The notes: generated by a model from the letters alone, not told the origin. A stretch of 64,000 nt of DNA from Amphiscolops sp. MND2022 (GCA_964187785.1 OZ076412.1:80354001-80418000), one strand, 5' to 3'; numbered from the stretch's first letter, positions 12,564 through 25,345 are shown. A program made the numbers and translations.

Positions 12564-12968
12564 TAGAGGTGCACCGGACAGGAAAATTTCCGTCCGGCCG
12601 GACAACCGGACAGGACTGATTGAAGCCGGATACCGGCCGGACCGGACATTATCCTCAATTTTAAGCAATAAAAGGCTGTTTCCAGAATTGGACAATGAGT
12701 ATTGCGAAAAACGAAGCAGGCTTTTACCACAGAGCGGTGAAAAACATATTTCCCTCTGCCATAATTTAATGAATTTTCATTCACAGTCAAATTCAATTTT
12801 TTGATGCCATTACACTTTTTCTAAGTTAGATATTCCGATTATTTAAGATTATTATTTCAAGATAATATCCGGCCAGACATTGTAAAAAGTCCGGCCGGAT
12901 ACCAGACAGGGCATTTTCCTGAAATCCGGCCGGATACCGGACCGGACTTGTTGTCCGGTACACCTCTA
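12564..12968. mobile_element. hAT MITE
   Basis: TIR TAGAGGTG(C/T)ACCGGACA with exact 8-bp TSD CTTCAGGG; subterminal CCGG repeats. Confidence 0.9.
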
Positions 12969-13388
12969 CTTCAGGGTACAAAAGAGGTAGTGATGTGTTG
13001 GATGATACTTGCGATCAGAGCATTTACTGTCTACTTGGTACCCAGTACCAGTCACTCCAGCATTTGTCACCAAAGTAACATCTCTGTCCAAGACATCAAT
13101 CGCTGATGTCACGAATCCGTCGGGTTCGAATGCTGAATTGAGATGATGATTGTTAAACAAAGCGTGTCAACAACACTGTTCGCTTCTTGAGAAGTTTCAA
13201 CAATCTCAGTAGTTTCGCAATCTTCGCAATTGTCCATGTTATTAGGTGATTGCTTGTTGGATACAATATATCGCATTCTGGAAACAAATTTGACAAATTG
13301 AAGTTGAGTAGCCATTGATAGGACTACGTGTCCAGTTCCCTTTCGAGTTGCACGATGTTTTGTAACAGTGGTCATTATCTGTTGTATG

Positions 13389-13767
13389 GGGACTGTTCAA
13401 TTCGTCGAACATTCAATTCGTCGAATACGTATTAATTTAGCGACCATAGTATGACGTAATGGAATGAATTGATTTCGGCCAATCAAATTCGAGCATTCAA
13501 AATTACGATAACGTAGTCAGATATGTTCACATACCCCTAGTGCCCTAAATGCAGGAGCGAAGCGAAGCGGAGCGACGTGCCATATGGCCATGCCTCAATG
13601 TTGCTACTTGGCGAAGGGAGCGAAGCGACCGAGCCATACAACAAATATCCTAATCGCTACAAAATATAACCAAATGAAATTAATCGCTGATATGGAATTC
13701 TTTCGACGCATTGAATAGCTTTTCATTTTTCGACGATTTGAATGTTCGACGAATTGAATAGGCACCC
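13389..13767. mobile_element. Mutator-like MITE
   Basis: TIR containing TTCAATTCGTCGAACATTCAA with exact 9-bp TSD TGTTGTATG. Confidence 0.85.
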
Positions 13768-15098
13768 TGTTGTATGTTTTTGCATGTGCCAAATCTTGTG
13801 TTGGGAGCACTTGAAAACATACTAGCCTTCAATACTCTTTTAAAACGTCCTATGCAAGGTTTCGTTTAACAATTCGTCGATTGTCACATAAACAGTCTTT
13901 TTCCGTTTAATTTGCATTGTTTCGTTGTAGAATGTATGTAATTGCATTGTAAGAGTTGATGTTTTTTGATGAATCCAACCATTGATGAATTGTGACCTTC
14001 ATTGATATTGGTCGATATTAGAAGTAGTTCGTGATCATCATTTCCAAATGTAGAGGTATCAATGGATACTTCGAAAGATCTTTCAATTAGTTTTGTCGGA
14101 GAAAAACATTAGATCATCGGTTTGCATTGTGGATTCATCTAAAATGTTTGTCTCGATGTCAACAACAGAAAACTTAATCACCTCTATAAGTTTTTTACAC
14201 AATTCAGATTCAGAATTTTTTATTCGTTCAATGATAGATTCAACAGATCGGGCAGAAAAATTCTGACAATGGACTTGTTTCGTGAGAAGACATCGTGACA
14301 TGTAACAAGAAATTTTTGCCCAGTAAACTAATATTGTCTGTCGACAGATTAAGTTTCTGGAGAAACTTTGAAAAGAAATTGGCGAGTGCTTCAATGGCAG
14401 TACTCGAGGCATCCTTTGCATTGAAATGGCTTGTTAAGAAGGCAATGTTCTGATACCTCAGATGAAGCATGGTTGTAAATTGGTGACAGCAGCAGTGTAT
14501 TGTCGTATACTGAGTTCCTCTTATAACGTGTAATCGAACGTTTCGTATATCTTATATCCGTATAATTGGCCCTCTTATGTCGTATAAAAGCATGAAGTAC
14601 AATTTTAGGATCATTTTTCTATCGGAAAGTGTTCATTGCTTCAAAAAGGGGTGGCAATAGCCCCATTTGCGAATCCCATATAGCCTGTTACCATTTTAGG
14701 ATGCACTTCATTTGAAATTTATCACAAAAATTTCATAATTTGCAAAAAAACTTCTTTAGCCCGTTATGGGAAATCGACAAAAAACGATTCTCTGTATAAC
14801 TCGTATAATAAAGGCATCTTCGTATAACATGTAATTCGTATAGAAAATTGTGGGTTTCGTATAATTTTTCGTATAATCGTATATCTTGTACAATACGCTG
14901 GAAAGCAGTTTGATACATGCATTGCCATCTGTAGTTTTGAGGCATCAGACAAGGAAACACTTGAGGCGTGGTTCGATGAGAGAACAATGTCGTTCTTTGT
15001 GAATTTCAGCTTCGAAGTGTAAAGGTAATCCACAGAGTTGTCGTCGATCATATTGTTTAAACGGTCTGTTTAATACTCAACCAGTTTGTAAATCTCAG

Positions 15099-15226
15099 AC
15101 CTTGTGGACGCAGTTGAAGCTTCCGGGAAGTTCTGTAGGTCTGTGGATTTGTCAAGACAAAAGGAAAATGCAAAATGCTACTGCCTATTCTACTGAAATT
15201 TCCTGGTTCTGTCCAATGACTGGAAT
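15099..15226 (+). CDS. Candidate internal exon of HP1-like gene (phase 0 to 2)
   Basis: Acceptor ctcag|, open frame TLWTQLKLPG...WFCPMTG, donor |GTGAAT. Confidence 0.4.
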
Positions 15227-15291
15227 GTGAATTGAATTCCGGTTTTCCAGTTTTGACTATATGTAGCTTTTATTGTGTTAGAGTTTATTTT

Positions 15292-15583
15292 TTGCACATG
15301 ACGAAGTCAATGTGCATTGCAGTCCAGCTAAGTAAGTTTTTTTTTCCACTATAGTCAACTTCATAATGAGCGCCTTTTAGAAAAAAGCCAAAACCCCAAA
15401 GAGATTCGAACCTGCAGCCTCCCGATTGCACGGCATAAGTGTTGACCACTGTGCCATAGGGACGTTATTGAACAAAGTTGAACTGTTGAATATATACGCA
15501 TGCGATTAAAATAATATATATACGCATATTAAAATAATCGATGTCTTCGTCATGTGTTGCGAAGCACCGCTTCGCCTCTGTGT
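15292..15583 (-). mobile_element. Dispersed ~290-bp repeat with tRNA-like Pol III boxes (SINE-like)
   Basis: Near-identical copy at 28144-28432. Minus strand TGGCACAGTGG ... GGTTCGAATC at 15401-15463. Confidence 0.65.
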
Positions 15584-15704
15584 TTACTTATTTGGTGAAA
15601 TATTTGTTAGAATTGGATTTAGAGGAAGATCAACGTATTGCAACGTGTCTCCGGTATGGCATGAACAAGGCATCACAACACGTTCATGCTTTTCGTTTTC
15701 GAAT

Positions 15705-16131
15705 TTTTAGGAGCCGGAAAAAATTTTGGACTACTTATGCAATCGTGCTGTTTTTTAAATTTTTTTCCCGACCTTTTCATGAGCATTTCAAATTTTTCAA
15801 AAACTGTCCATACGATTTTCACGAAATTTTGACAGTCATTCTACACCCAAAGGGGCCCCTGCGTGTGCAAAGGTATCAAAATCGTATGACTGGGATGTGA
15901 GAAACATAGCCAAAATTAGCCCAAAAATGGCCAAAAAAGTCATTTTTCGATTTTTTCGATTTTCTCAAAAACTGTCCACACGATTCGAACAAAAATTTCT
16001 ACAGTCATTTTCTACACCATTGTATGGTCCTATGTGTGCAATTTCAATAAATTCGTATGATTCTGGGATTAGAGCGAGTCAGAAGGAAAAAGACCTAAGC
16101 CGACTCCTTTACCGCATATGCGGCTCTGGTT
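15705..16131. mobile_element. Helentron-type non-autonomous element, family B
   Basis: Ends TTTTAGGAG(C/T)CGG ... CCGACTCCT, hairpin CCGCATATGCGG, then CTGGTT. Other copies at about 34275-34650 (degenerate) and 38676-39490. Confidence 0.65.
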
Positions 16132-16191
16132 CTTTTTCTTGTCTTCATCGAATAACTATTCGGGGCCCTGTTTCCCTTGAAAGTGTTTCAG

Positions 16192-16300
16192 TAGATCGAT
16201 GTTTAAGTTCGCAGTGATGTACTCCAGTAGGGCGCTTTTTTGGTGGAAAGGTCCAGTCAAAATCGGCCTGATGATCGAGAACCTGTTTGAATCCTTGCGC
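16192..16300 (+). CDS. Candidate internal exon of HP1-like gene (phase 2 to 0)
   Basis: Acceptor tttcag|, RSMFKFAVMYSSRALFWWKGPVKIGLMIENLFESLR, donor |GTAATT. Confidence 0.4.
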
Positions 16301-17571
16301 GTAATTTTGGTTGTTGCTACTAGCTTGTCGAAATCATTTGTAGTGAGAATTGATGCGCGAAAGGTGAACAAGCCGAGAACGGTCCAAGTCGGTGCCATAT
16401 CTAAGGCTCAAAAACAGCAAAAGGACTTCCAAGTATTCTCTTCTACGGTACCGGAAAAACCCAAAAGTTGAACCGAATTGGCACACCAGAGGCGACACTT
16501 GGAAATTTTTCATCCATTCTGTCGCAATTCATCAAAAAAATTGGAGGGGCACTTTTGGTGAAAAATTTTTTTTGAAAGTCTCACAATGCCGAAAAAACTG
16601 AAAGGGGGGACCCTTCGGGATTTTTCAACATCCGTTCTGTCGGAAAACTCCAAAAAAATTGAAGGGGGGAACCTTCAAATTTTTCGAAAAAGTCTCAGAG
16701 CCGAAAATACTCTAAAAGTCCCTTTGGTGCCTTTGAGTTTCTTAGATGATGTAACAAGACGGGAACGTCTAAAGTCGGCGCTATATCTAAGGCTCAAAAA
16801 GCTCAGTTTTCTAAATGTGCCCAGTATGTATTCATGAAAAGCTTTGAAAACACTTTCGAGACACCCAAAGTGTGCCTTTCATGCTCGATATGACTGGAAA
16901 ATCACTTTTCTCGACTGGAAACAAAAAAAAATTTTGAAATTTTTTTTGAAATTTTTTTTTTAAAAAATTTTTGAAAAAAACTTCGAAAACGTCGCATAGT
17001 GCCGAAAAATGAAAAGGGGGACCCTTTGGGATTCATTAACATATTTTTTGTTGCAAAATATCAAAAAATCCGAAGGAGGGACTCTTTTGAAAAATTGAAA
17101 TTTTTCGAAAAAAAATTCGCACAGTGCCGAAAAAAATTGAAAGGGGGGACCCTTTGGAGTCTTCCGGTTTTGTAGCTTACGTAAAAAAGGTAAAAAACGA
17201 AAGGGGGGACCCTTTGCAGTAAGTTTGCATTGGTGGAACTTGGCCTGAGTGAACTTATCAGTTTCTGTAAAAAGTGGTACATACGCGATGAGCTCTGTGG
17301 TCTGACGAAAAAAAAAAACTAGCCACTGTAATAGTCGGCCTTTTTTCCTTAAAGGAAAATGCGCCGACTAAAAATACTACTTCGCAAGCTTTTAAAGTAT
17401 TTTATTTAAATTTGCTAAGTAAGAATTGTAAGAAAAGTGGACCGATCAGTGTGAGGATTGTAGTCTGAAGAAAAAAAAGGTCACTGCTATAGTCGGGCAT
17501 TTTTCCTTAAAAGGAAAACGCGCCGACTAAAAAACAACTTCCTTCACGTACAAGCTACAGTTTCTAAGCAG

Positions 17572-17644
17572 ACGCTTTTTCAACGTTACGCTGTAAATTC
17601 CGTCATGAAAGGGGACTTGTATGATCCAGATAACAATGATGATG
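17572..17644 (+). CDS. Candidate internal exon of HP1-like gene (phase 0 to 1)
   Basis: Acceptor aagcag|, TLFQRYAVNSVMKGDLYDPDNNDD, donor G|GTACAA. Confidence 0.35.
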
Positions 17645-17711
17645 GTACAAACTCCAAAGTGATATTCACGACTCCTCCGCAAATTACTAAAAAGCAATGC
17701 AATGTTTCATG

Positions 17712-18363
17712 TTTTTAGTCGGCGCATTTTAGTAGAAAATGAGCCCGACTCCTACAGTGGGTAGTTTTTAGTCTGCGCATTTTAGTAGAAAATGTGCCCG
17801 ACTCTTACAGTGGGTAGCTTTTTAGTCGGCGCATTTTAGTAGAAAATGAGCCCGACTCTTACAGTGGGTAGTTTTTTAGTCGGCGCATTTTAGTAGAAAT
17901 TGTGCCCGACTCTTACAGTGGGTAGCTTTTTAGTCGGCGCATTTTAGTAGAAAATGAGCCCGACTCTTACAGTGGGTAGTTTTTTAGTCGGCGCATTTCA
18001 GTAGAAAATGTGCCCGACTTTTACAGTGGGTAGCTTTTTAGTCGGCGCATTTTAGTAGAAAATGTGCCCGACTTTTACAGTGGGTAGCTTTTTAGTCTGC
18101 GCATTTTAGTAGAAAATGTGCCCTACTCTTACAGTGGGTAGTTTTTTAGTCGGCGCATTTTAGTAGAAAATATGCCCGACTCTTACAGTGGGTAGGTTTT
18201 TAGTCGGCGCATTTTAGTAGAAAATATGCCCGACTCTTACAGTGGGTAGGTTTTTAGTCGGCGCATTTTAGTAGAAAATGTGCCCTACTCTTACAGTGGG
18301 TAGTTTTTTAGTCGGCGCATTTTAGTAGAAAATGTGCCGGACTCTCACAGTGGGTAGTTTTTT
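17712..18363. repeat. 12 x 54-bp tandem array of the family A terminal hairpin
   Basis: Unit TTTTTAGTCGGCGCATTTTAGTAGAAAATG(A/T)GCCCGACTCTTACAGTGGGTAG; AGTC starts at 17717, 17770, 17824 ... 18310. The array continues into the element body, which ends at 18844. Confidence 0.95.
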
Positions 18364-19054
18364 TAGACGCGTAAGGTCCACTTTTTTGTTCATCTGTTCA
18401 ACAACGTCAAATCTCCACAACTCCGAACCTCAACAACTCGACTCTCAAAAGCGCGTCCAAAACGAAAAGAAGAAACAAAACAGACGTCCAGAACCTCGAA
18501 ATGACACTAAGGATCCCCCATAGCCCCACTTTTTTTCGGCACTATGCGACTTTTTTCGAAACTTTTTGGATTGCACCAAACGGTCCCCCCTTCTTTTGTT
18601 TCAATGGATGTCAAAAAACACAATGGATGTCAAAAAATCCCTTTTACATTTTCGGCACTGTGACACTGTTCAAAAATCTCATTTTAAAAATTTTTTGGGA
18701 AATTTTTTCAAGTCCCCAAAGGGCTCCCCTTCAATTTTTTTCATATTTTACAACCAGCTGGAGTTTTACAAAGCCCAAAGGGTCCCTCTTTTACAATTTT
18801 GAGCCTTAGATATTGCGCCGACTTTGGCCGTTCTCGGTTTGTTTAACCCTAATTGGACGAGGAAATTTCCAAATCTCTCCAAATACATGTTGCCCTAAAT
18901 TACCTCAATATCTCCTAGACTATTCGGGTCGGACAAACGATTTATAGCGCGTTCGAATGAAAACAATCAGGGTTTCAAATTGATTTCTGAACTCCTGTGC
19001 TGGGAGACTTTGCGCAAAAACCTTGCACCTCTCGTGTCTCTGATTGCAATACAG

Positions 19055-19224
19055 TGTATCAAAAGTTGCTAGGGTCGCTACGACCCAACCTTGACACCAG
19101 TGGGATGAAGTGGCCACCAACGAAACCGGAAAAACTGAAAATCTATGCTCGATTTTTTTGGTCCCTGATGCTTGATCTCAAGAAACACCCAGTCAAGAAT
19201 TCGTGGAAACGCATGCAATGCTCT
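19055..19224 (+). CDS. Candidate internal exon of HP1-like gene (phase 1 to 0)
   Basis: Pyrimidine tract with acceptor atacag|, YQKLLGSLRPNL...WKRMQCS, donor |GTAATA. Confidence 0.4.
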
Positions 19225-19357
19225 GTAATATTGTTTCAAAATCTCATTCAAGAGTTTTCTTGCCCATACGTTCGGTTACTAGTGCCTGCAGAAGTTTGCA
19301 GAAACTAATTGGTACGAATTCGACCTAATAATCCATTTGGGGTTAAAGACACTTGTA

Positions 19358-19531
19358 CAGTGCATCCCGGATATAAGAAACTCGCTTATAAGGAATACCC
19401 GCTTATAGTCAATGCGTATCTTGGCCCCGACTGGCAATTTCATTCCTTTTAAAACCCGGATATAAGAAAGTTCGATTGTAAGAAACACCAATAGTCATTC
19501 CCCTGGCGTTGATTATATCCGGGATCCACTG
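19358..19531. mobile_element. Tc1/mariner-type MITE (copy of 5515-5689)
   Basis: Same TIRs and body as 5515-5689, with TA flanks. Confidence 0.85.
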
Positions 19532-19570
19532 TAGTAGCATTGTCTAACTGAAAAAGGATGGTCGTTTCAG

Positions 19571-19822
19571 CTGCCCGGTACCAAAGGTGCTACGTTGAAA
19601 GGCTTCGACCGGGGGCTACAACCTGAGAAGATTCTGGGCTGCAGGTTGTTTAACAACAGAGCCCATTTCAGCATCAAGTGGAAGGACTGGCATCACATAG
19701 AATGGGTACCTGTCGAGGATGCAGACGACTTTTGTCCACAGATGGTGATCGCCTTCTACGAAAAACACATATCCTGGAACTCGAAACCTGCCATATCACA
19801 TTCCAATTTCAAAAATGCCTAG
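19571..19822 (+). CDS. HP1: Chromoshadow-domain terminal exon of HP1/CBX-like protein
   Basis: KGFDRGLQPEKILG...FSIKWKD...VPVEDADDFCPQMVIAFYEKHISW matches the HP1 chromoshadow pattern RGF.RGLEPE.I.G...KWK...CPQ.VI.FYE..L.W. Acceptor tttcag|. Confidence 0.9.
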   Translation: MPGTKGATLKGFDRGLQPEKILGCRLFNNRAHFSIKWKDWHHIEWVPVEDADDFCPQMVIAFYEKHISWNSKPAISHSNFKNA

Positions 19823-19848
19823 TTGTTTAAACAAAACAAGTACAAATA

Positions 19849-20468
19849 CAGTGTAAGGCGTTTATAACGGCACCGGTTCTAACGTCAAGCCGCTTATAAC
19901 GTCAATAATTGTTCTTCCTTGGAACTTGTGTCAGGACATTTAATCCTATGCAATTTCAATCGATTGCATTTTCAACTTTCTGCAATTTGGACCTATACTA
20001 AGTTTGGTTAACTGATCCGAACTAATTATATAATTGTTTTAGGTTGTTTTCATTTTCATCCATTCCTAATAAAACCAATCATGCTAACTTTTCCGCCAGT
20101 TTTGATAAGGTTTTGGCTTCTTGATGAATAGTTATCATTAGTCGGGCCTGTTTTGTTCATTACTAACTATTATAATGAAATAATAACCGTGCCAGACAAA
20201 ATCAATTTAGGTTGAAATTTGGGAAGTTTGAAATTGCGTAAGTTGAATTTGCATAGGAGGAATTGTTATGTAGTCCTTAGAACTACAAAGACGGTCCTCG
20301 TTTAGCGGACAGACACTAGGCCTTGAGAGTTTTTAATTTTTTTTCTTCGAAAATTCGTCGCCCAGCAGAAGCCGGATGTTAATTCAATGATGAATATAAC
20401 GTTTTTCCAAAATAACACCAGGTTTCTGGTCATTGCTTTTAGGTCGTCGTTATATGCGGATTACACTG
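19849..20468. mobile_element. Tc1/mariner-type MITE with a nested Mutator-like fragment
   Basis: TA-CAGTGTAA...TTACACTG-TA; the nested segment at about 19928-20270 is related to 20620-21053. Confidence 0.6.
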
Positions 20469-20619
20469 TATGAGAACGAAACTGGGTTTGGCAAAAGCTT
20501 TTCATTGCTCAGGTGGTACGCGTTGCCTTGAATTACAGTTCTGTCATAATTATCTTCTGTTATACTTCAACTAATTAACGGAAAATTATGAGCATCGTCT
20601 TTAGAACTCCTATTTTTTC

Positions 20620-21053
20620 GGTGTCAGGACATATCGTCCTATGCAATTTCAACCTATGCAATTTCAACCGTTGTCATTTCAACCGCTCACAATTTCAACC
20701 TATTGCATTTTCAACCGTTCACAATTTCGACCTAAACTAATTTTGGCTATTTAGTCTTACTTCGGTTGTTATTATTTCAGTACAATAATTACTGATGAAT
20801 CAAACAGCCCTAATTATTGGAAATTATTCATGAAGAAGCCAAAACGTATCAAAAGTGGTGTAAAAATTAGCACATTTGAATTTAGAAATGTATGAAAGTT
20901 AAAACCACCAAAATAATTATGTAACTAATTAGGATCCATTAGCGAAAATTAGTGGAGGTCGAAATCGCGAACTGTTGAAAATGCAGTAGGTTGAAATGGC
21001 AACGGTTGAAAGTGCATAGGTTGAAAGTGTATAGGACGAAATGTCATGTAACC
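20620..21053. mobile_element. Mutator-like MITE
   Basis: Long TIRs with repeated TGCAATTTCAACC/GGTTGAAA.TGCA; near-identical 9-bp flanks (TATTTTTTC / ATTTTTTTC). Confidence 0.7.
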
Positions 21054-21589
21054 ATTTTTTTCAAAACTATCGGAGAATTCTTTGGGGAAAGGCTTCTATG
21101 GAGGTCCTGAAATTTCATCTCGTTCACGTACTCACGTACTTCCGTGTTCTATTGAAAAAGTCATGAGATTTCACTATGAGAATCACTACGAGATTGCATA
21201 GAATGGTTTCACATGTGTGAAAACTGCCTTTTCAAAATTGTATCTGAAGAAATGGCATAAAAACCTGATTTGTTCAAAGCTTTTGATGGGTTTCATTATT
21301 CATCGAAAACAGAACTGTTTTATGAAAGTAATAAGGCCTCTTCTCGGTAAAATGGAGAGAGAGAGCCCTGATTGGTTGTTTTTACCTGGAATCGCAACCA
21401 ATCAACTAAGTTCAACCTGATTGATCTTTGGTGCCTCTGGTGATAAAATGTCTCACTTGTTGTATTTGAAGAAATGCGAGCAAATTTTAATCTCAAAATA
21501 GTAATACATAGAGGGACAGAGTGTATGGTTGTTAGAGGCACTTTTTGCTATCCTGATTATTTCTTTTGCTCCTTGTTAGTGTTGTTAAT

Positions 21590-21928
21590 CAGGGTTTTGA
21601 CATCGCTATTTTTTTCGCTAATCGCTAAACCGCTAATTTGAAAATCGCTACTTCGCTGAAAAACTTTTTCTAACAATTAATTGTTTGGCTTCAAGTATAT
21701 GTTTTTACAAATTTTTACAATTTAGTTTTTGCAAGAAAAAGACTTATCATACTGTGTCTGTTTTACAAGGTTAAGATCAGAAAATTTTTCGAAACCCCGT
21801 GTGAGATTTTGAGGGAATTTCCATTTTGGACATTCTTTTCTCTAATTGGAATCGCTTATGGAATCGCTGAAAAATTCCTGCGCGGCCGTTAATTTACGAA
21901 ATCGCCTATTTGCAGTGTCAAAACTCTG
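21590..21928. mobile_element. hAT-like MITE family (TCGCTAA-rich)
   Basis: TIR CAG(G/A)GTTTTGACA with 8-bp flanks TTGTTAAT/CTGTTAAT. Related copies at about 3436-3648, 24700-25036, 36960-37310 and 510-900. Confidence 0.75.
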
Positions 21929-24900
21929 CTGTTAATCCTTAATAATAGTTGTATTGTGGACGCTTCAAGTAAAAGTGAAGTTACCAAGTGATATTAAAAT
22001 CATTATATGGGTGCTGTTTACTGTTTATCTTAGTCATTTAATGCAAGGGCAAGTGTGTGTTTATTGTGTTCAAATTAATTAGCTAAATTAATTAATTAAC
22101 TGAAGTAATTACAAGAAACTTAGAAACTTTGCTAGCTCAAGTTTTAATATTCTGCGCGGTTTTTTTGAATTTTCGAATTTGAACTTCCTCATGTAGTCCA
22201 TGGAATTTTTTATACCATCCGTGCTAAAAAGAAACAATGGCTTTAAGTGAAATAGAGTAAATATGAAGTAAAATCTAAACTTCAATATACTGTTGACTCC
22301 GCCTAAATCATATCGCTACAAACCTAATAAAATAGTACGAATATTGTGGAAAACGAATACGGATTAACCGGATGATTTTATTTCCTTAGTCGTCGCGAAA
22401 TGGGGGTATCCGATGATCATACGAATTAAACGAAGATCTGAGTTATCCGGATACGAATGAACCGGAGTAGACTGGAATTATATGACGATAAACGAGAATT
22501 TCGTATAATATCATACAAGTAGAGGATAGTTTTGATTGTTGCTCGTTGGACATGCCAAAGAAACATAATAATTCACAATCTTTGAACACTTCTTGCTCTC
22601 TTGCTATATTTTCCATCATACGGAACTTTGGAACTATTGCTTGAAATTCTGAAATGTTACTCAAAAGTTTAAGGTTTCAGACTTTCAAACAATAGTTTCA
22701 AGTTTTTTTAGAACTAGGATATTCGTTTGGTTGAAAGTTGTAATTATTTTATGGTTTGCTTTGTCTTGGTGTCTATTGTTGGTTGCTGCCCTGGTCGGAG
22801 CTACTTGAACTTTTTACATGTTTTTGTAGGTTACCAAGCTAATTTGCCATGATTTTATAAACTTCTCAAAGAAACGTCCATGCATTAAAACTTCGCTGAT
22901 TCGATTTAATTTTATCAAGCTCCCTAAAAGATGCATCCTAAATTTGGCGGCAATTCTGCGCCGCAAAGTTTCGCAGGTTTCATTAAGACGCCGTTCTAAT
23001 TTTGAAAGCAGCTGAAACCTTCATCAGTTTTGCCGCAATTTTAATGCAAATAAACTTCAGTCACAATATATGTTTCAAATTAGCGTCATATTCAGCGTGG
23101 AAATATTTTCAACTTTAATTCAAATAGTGGAGGCTGCATTGTAATCCTACAAAGTGTTTCCATGCAGGCTCCCGGAATTTTCCATGTTTTGTGAAAAAAT
23201 TAGTCTGCATGTTTCCATGCAGCATGTGAAAAGTTCAAGCAATCTCGACAAGGGTATTCCTCAAATCCCTTTCTTTCCATTTCCGCAATTTGTTTTTGAA
23301 GTTACAGTTGAAATTTCAATACTGAATTAAACTGGAACTGTTCGAACTAAAAAAAACGTGAATGTTTTTTAATTGAAGTTAAATTTCCGTACCTCGATAT
23401 GGAATAAAGACATTTGAAAAACAAATGAGGAAATTTTTGAAATTGTTGAAGTAGAATAGGGTGGAGGGTAGTTGTGTTAAAAAGAGACCTATTGCTGTGA
23501 GTTTGAGTTGTATTTGTATCGTTTTCCTGGTTCTATTCGGCTGCCTTTATTTTTACATTGTCCATTGTCTCCCTGTGTTTGCAGTTAATATTTATATTGT
23601 TCATGCCTTGATAATAGTTTTAATTCAAATTTTTACTTCGGATACACCTTTTTAAAACAAATACTTGAATGAGAAATGGAATATTTGTGAAACAAAACAG
23701 CTTCTGGAATGAAACTCAAAATTTAGGATTAGGATATATATATATAATCTTCGAAATAGCATGAATTTGAAAAACTGGTTGTTTCATAAGTCAACTTGAA
23801 AGAAAACGAGAACTTGGGGACCCGATGTATCGTGTCATAGACTTTGAGAAATGACTAATCAAGAAAGAAGCCAAGTTGAGTTTGAAATTGTTCGGTACAA
23901 AATGGTTTGATACTTGACAAGCAAAACTTCGAAAATTTGCTTGAAAACATTGGGAAGATTGATGTATCTTGTTTCCAGTATCCCTTGAAGTTCCCAGTAT
24001 CCCTGGAAACGAATATCATTTTTCTTATCATGATCGTTTTTAGTCGGCGCATTTTAGTAGAAAATGAGCCCGACTATTACAGTGGGTAGTTTTTTTAGAC
24101 GCGTGAGGTCCACTTTTTTGTTCATTTGTTCAACAACGTCAACCCTCAAGAACTTCGAACCTCAACAACTCGAACCTTAAAAGCGCGTCCAAAACGAAAA
24201 GAAAAAACAAAACACGTCTAGAATTTCGAAATCACACTAATGATCCCCCATAGCCCCACTTTTTTTTCGGCACTATGCGACTTTTTTTGAAACTTTTTGG
24301 ATTGCACCAAAGGGTCCCCCTTTCATGTGTTTCGATATTTTGCAACACCATGGATGTCAAAAAATCCCAAAGAGTCCCCCCTTTTACATTTTTCGGCACT
24401 GTGACACTGTTCAAAAATCTCATTTTTTACACTTTTTTGGGAAACTTTTTCTAGTCCCCAAAGGGTCCCCACTTCAAATTTTTTCATATTTTCCAACCAA
24501 CTGGAGTTCAACAAAGCCCGAAGGGTCTCACTTTTTACAATTTTGAGCCTTAGATATGGCGCCGTCTTTGGCCGTTCTCGGCTTGTTCTAAGATTGGAAT
24601 GTTGCGTTGTTTTATCTGAAAGAAAATTGAAAGTCGGAAGAAAGAAAAAAACTCTGATGCCCGCTTTGTTTTTGGCGCTCCGAATAAGTGAATGGATATC
24701 AGGGTTTTGAAATCGTTAATTTGTTACGCTAATCGCTAAACAGTTGATTTCAAAATCGCAATTTCGCTGAAAAACTTTTTTGGAAACTATTAATTGTATA
24801 ACTTCAAGTATCTTCTGAAGTAACCTTATCCTGTTTTTGCCAGAAAAAATTTTTTCATACTGTGTGAGTTTTACAAGGGTAGAAGTTGGACTTTTTCGAA

Positions 24901-25345
24901 ATTCGTTTTGTTTGTATGCTCCGGGGAAATTTTGAATTTGGACGGTCTATTAGCTGCCGCTCATTTGAATTGCTAATTGAATCGCCTAAAAATTCTGCGC
25001 AGCCGCTAAATCGTTAAGTAACGGTGTCAAATCTCAAGAATTCAACTTTTTTCAGTACAATTCTTGTGATACTGAAAAATTCAGATATTCTGTTCGGCAA
25101 TGAGTATAGGCGTGAGATTTGAATTTCTCAAGTGCCGACAACAATTCGTTTCTCGCGCAATGGAACGAAGCAGTGGTAACTTTGCATTCGTACGCCGAAT
25201 TCATTGAGATGAAGCGAGCAAATGTTCGTAATCATGCTTTCGTACGCCGAGTTGTTGAGATGAAGCGAACGAGTGTTAATTATTCGTTCGCCGAGAGCTT
25301 CGCTTTCATTCAAATGCGAATGCGAAACTTCGTCTACGATTAGTA

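Noticed and set aside
17712..18363. CRISPR-like array of palindromic repeats
   Set aside because: Units are contiguous with no unique spacers, there are no cas genes, the context is eukaryotic, and the unit equals the HINE terminus.
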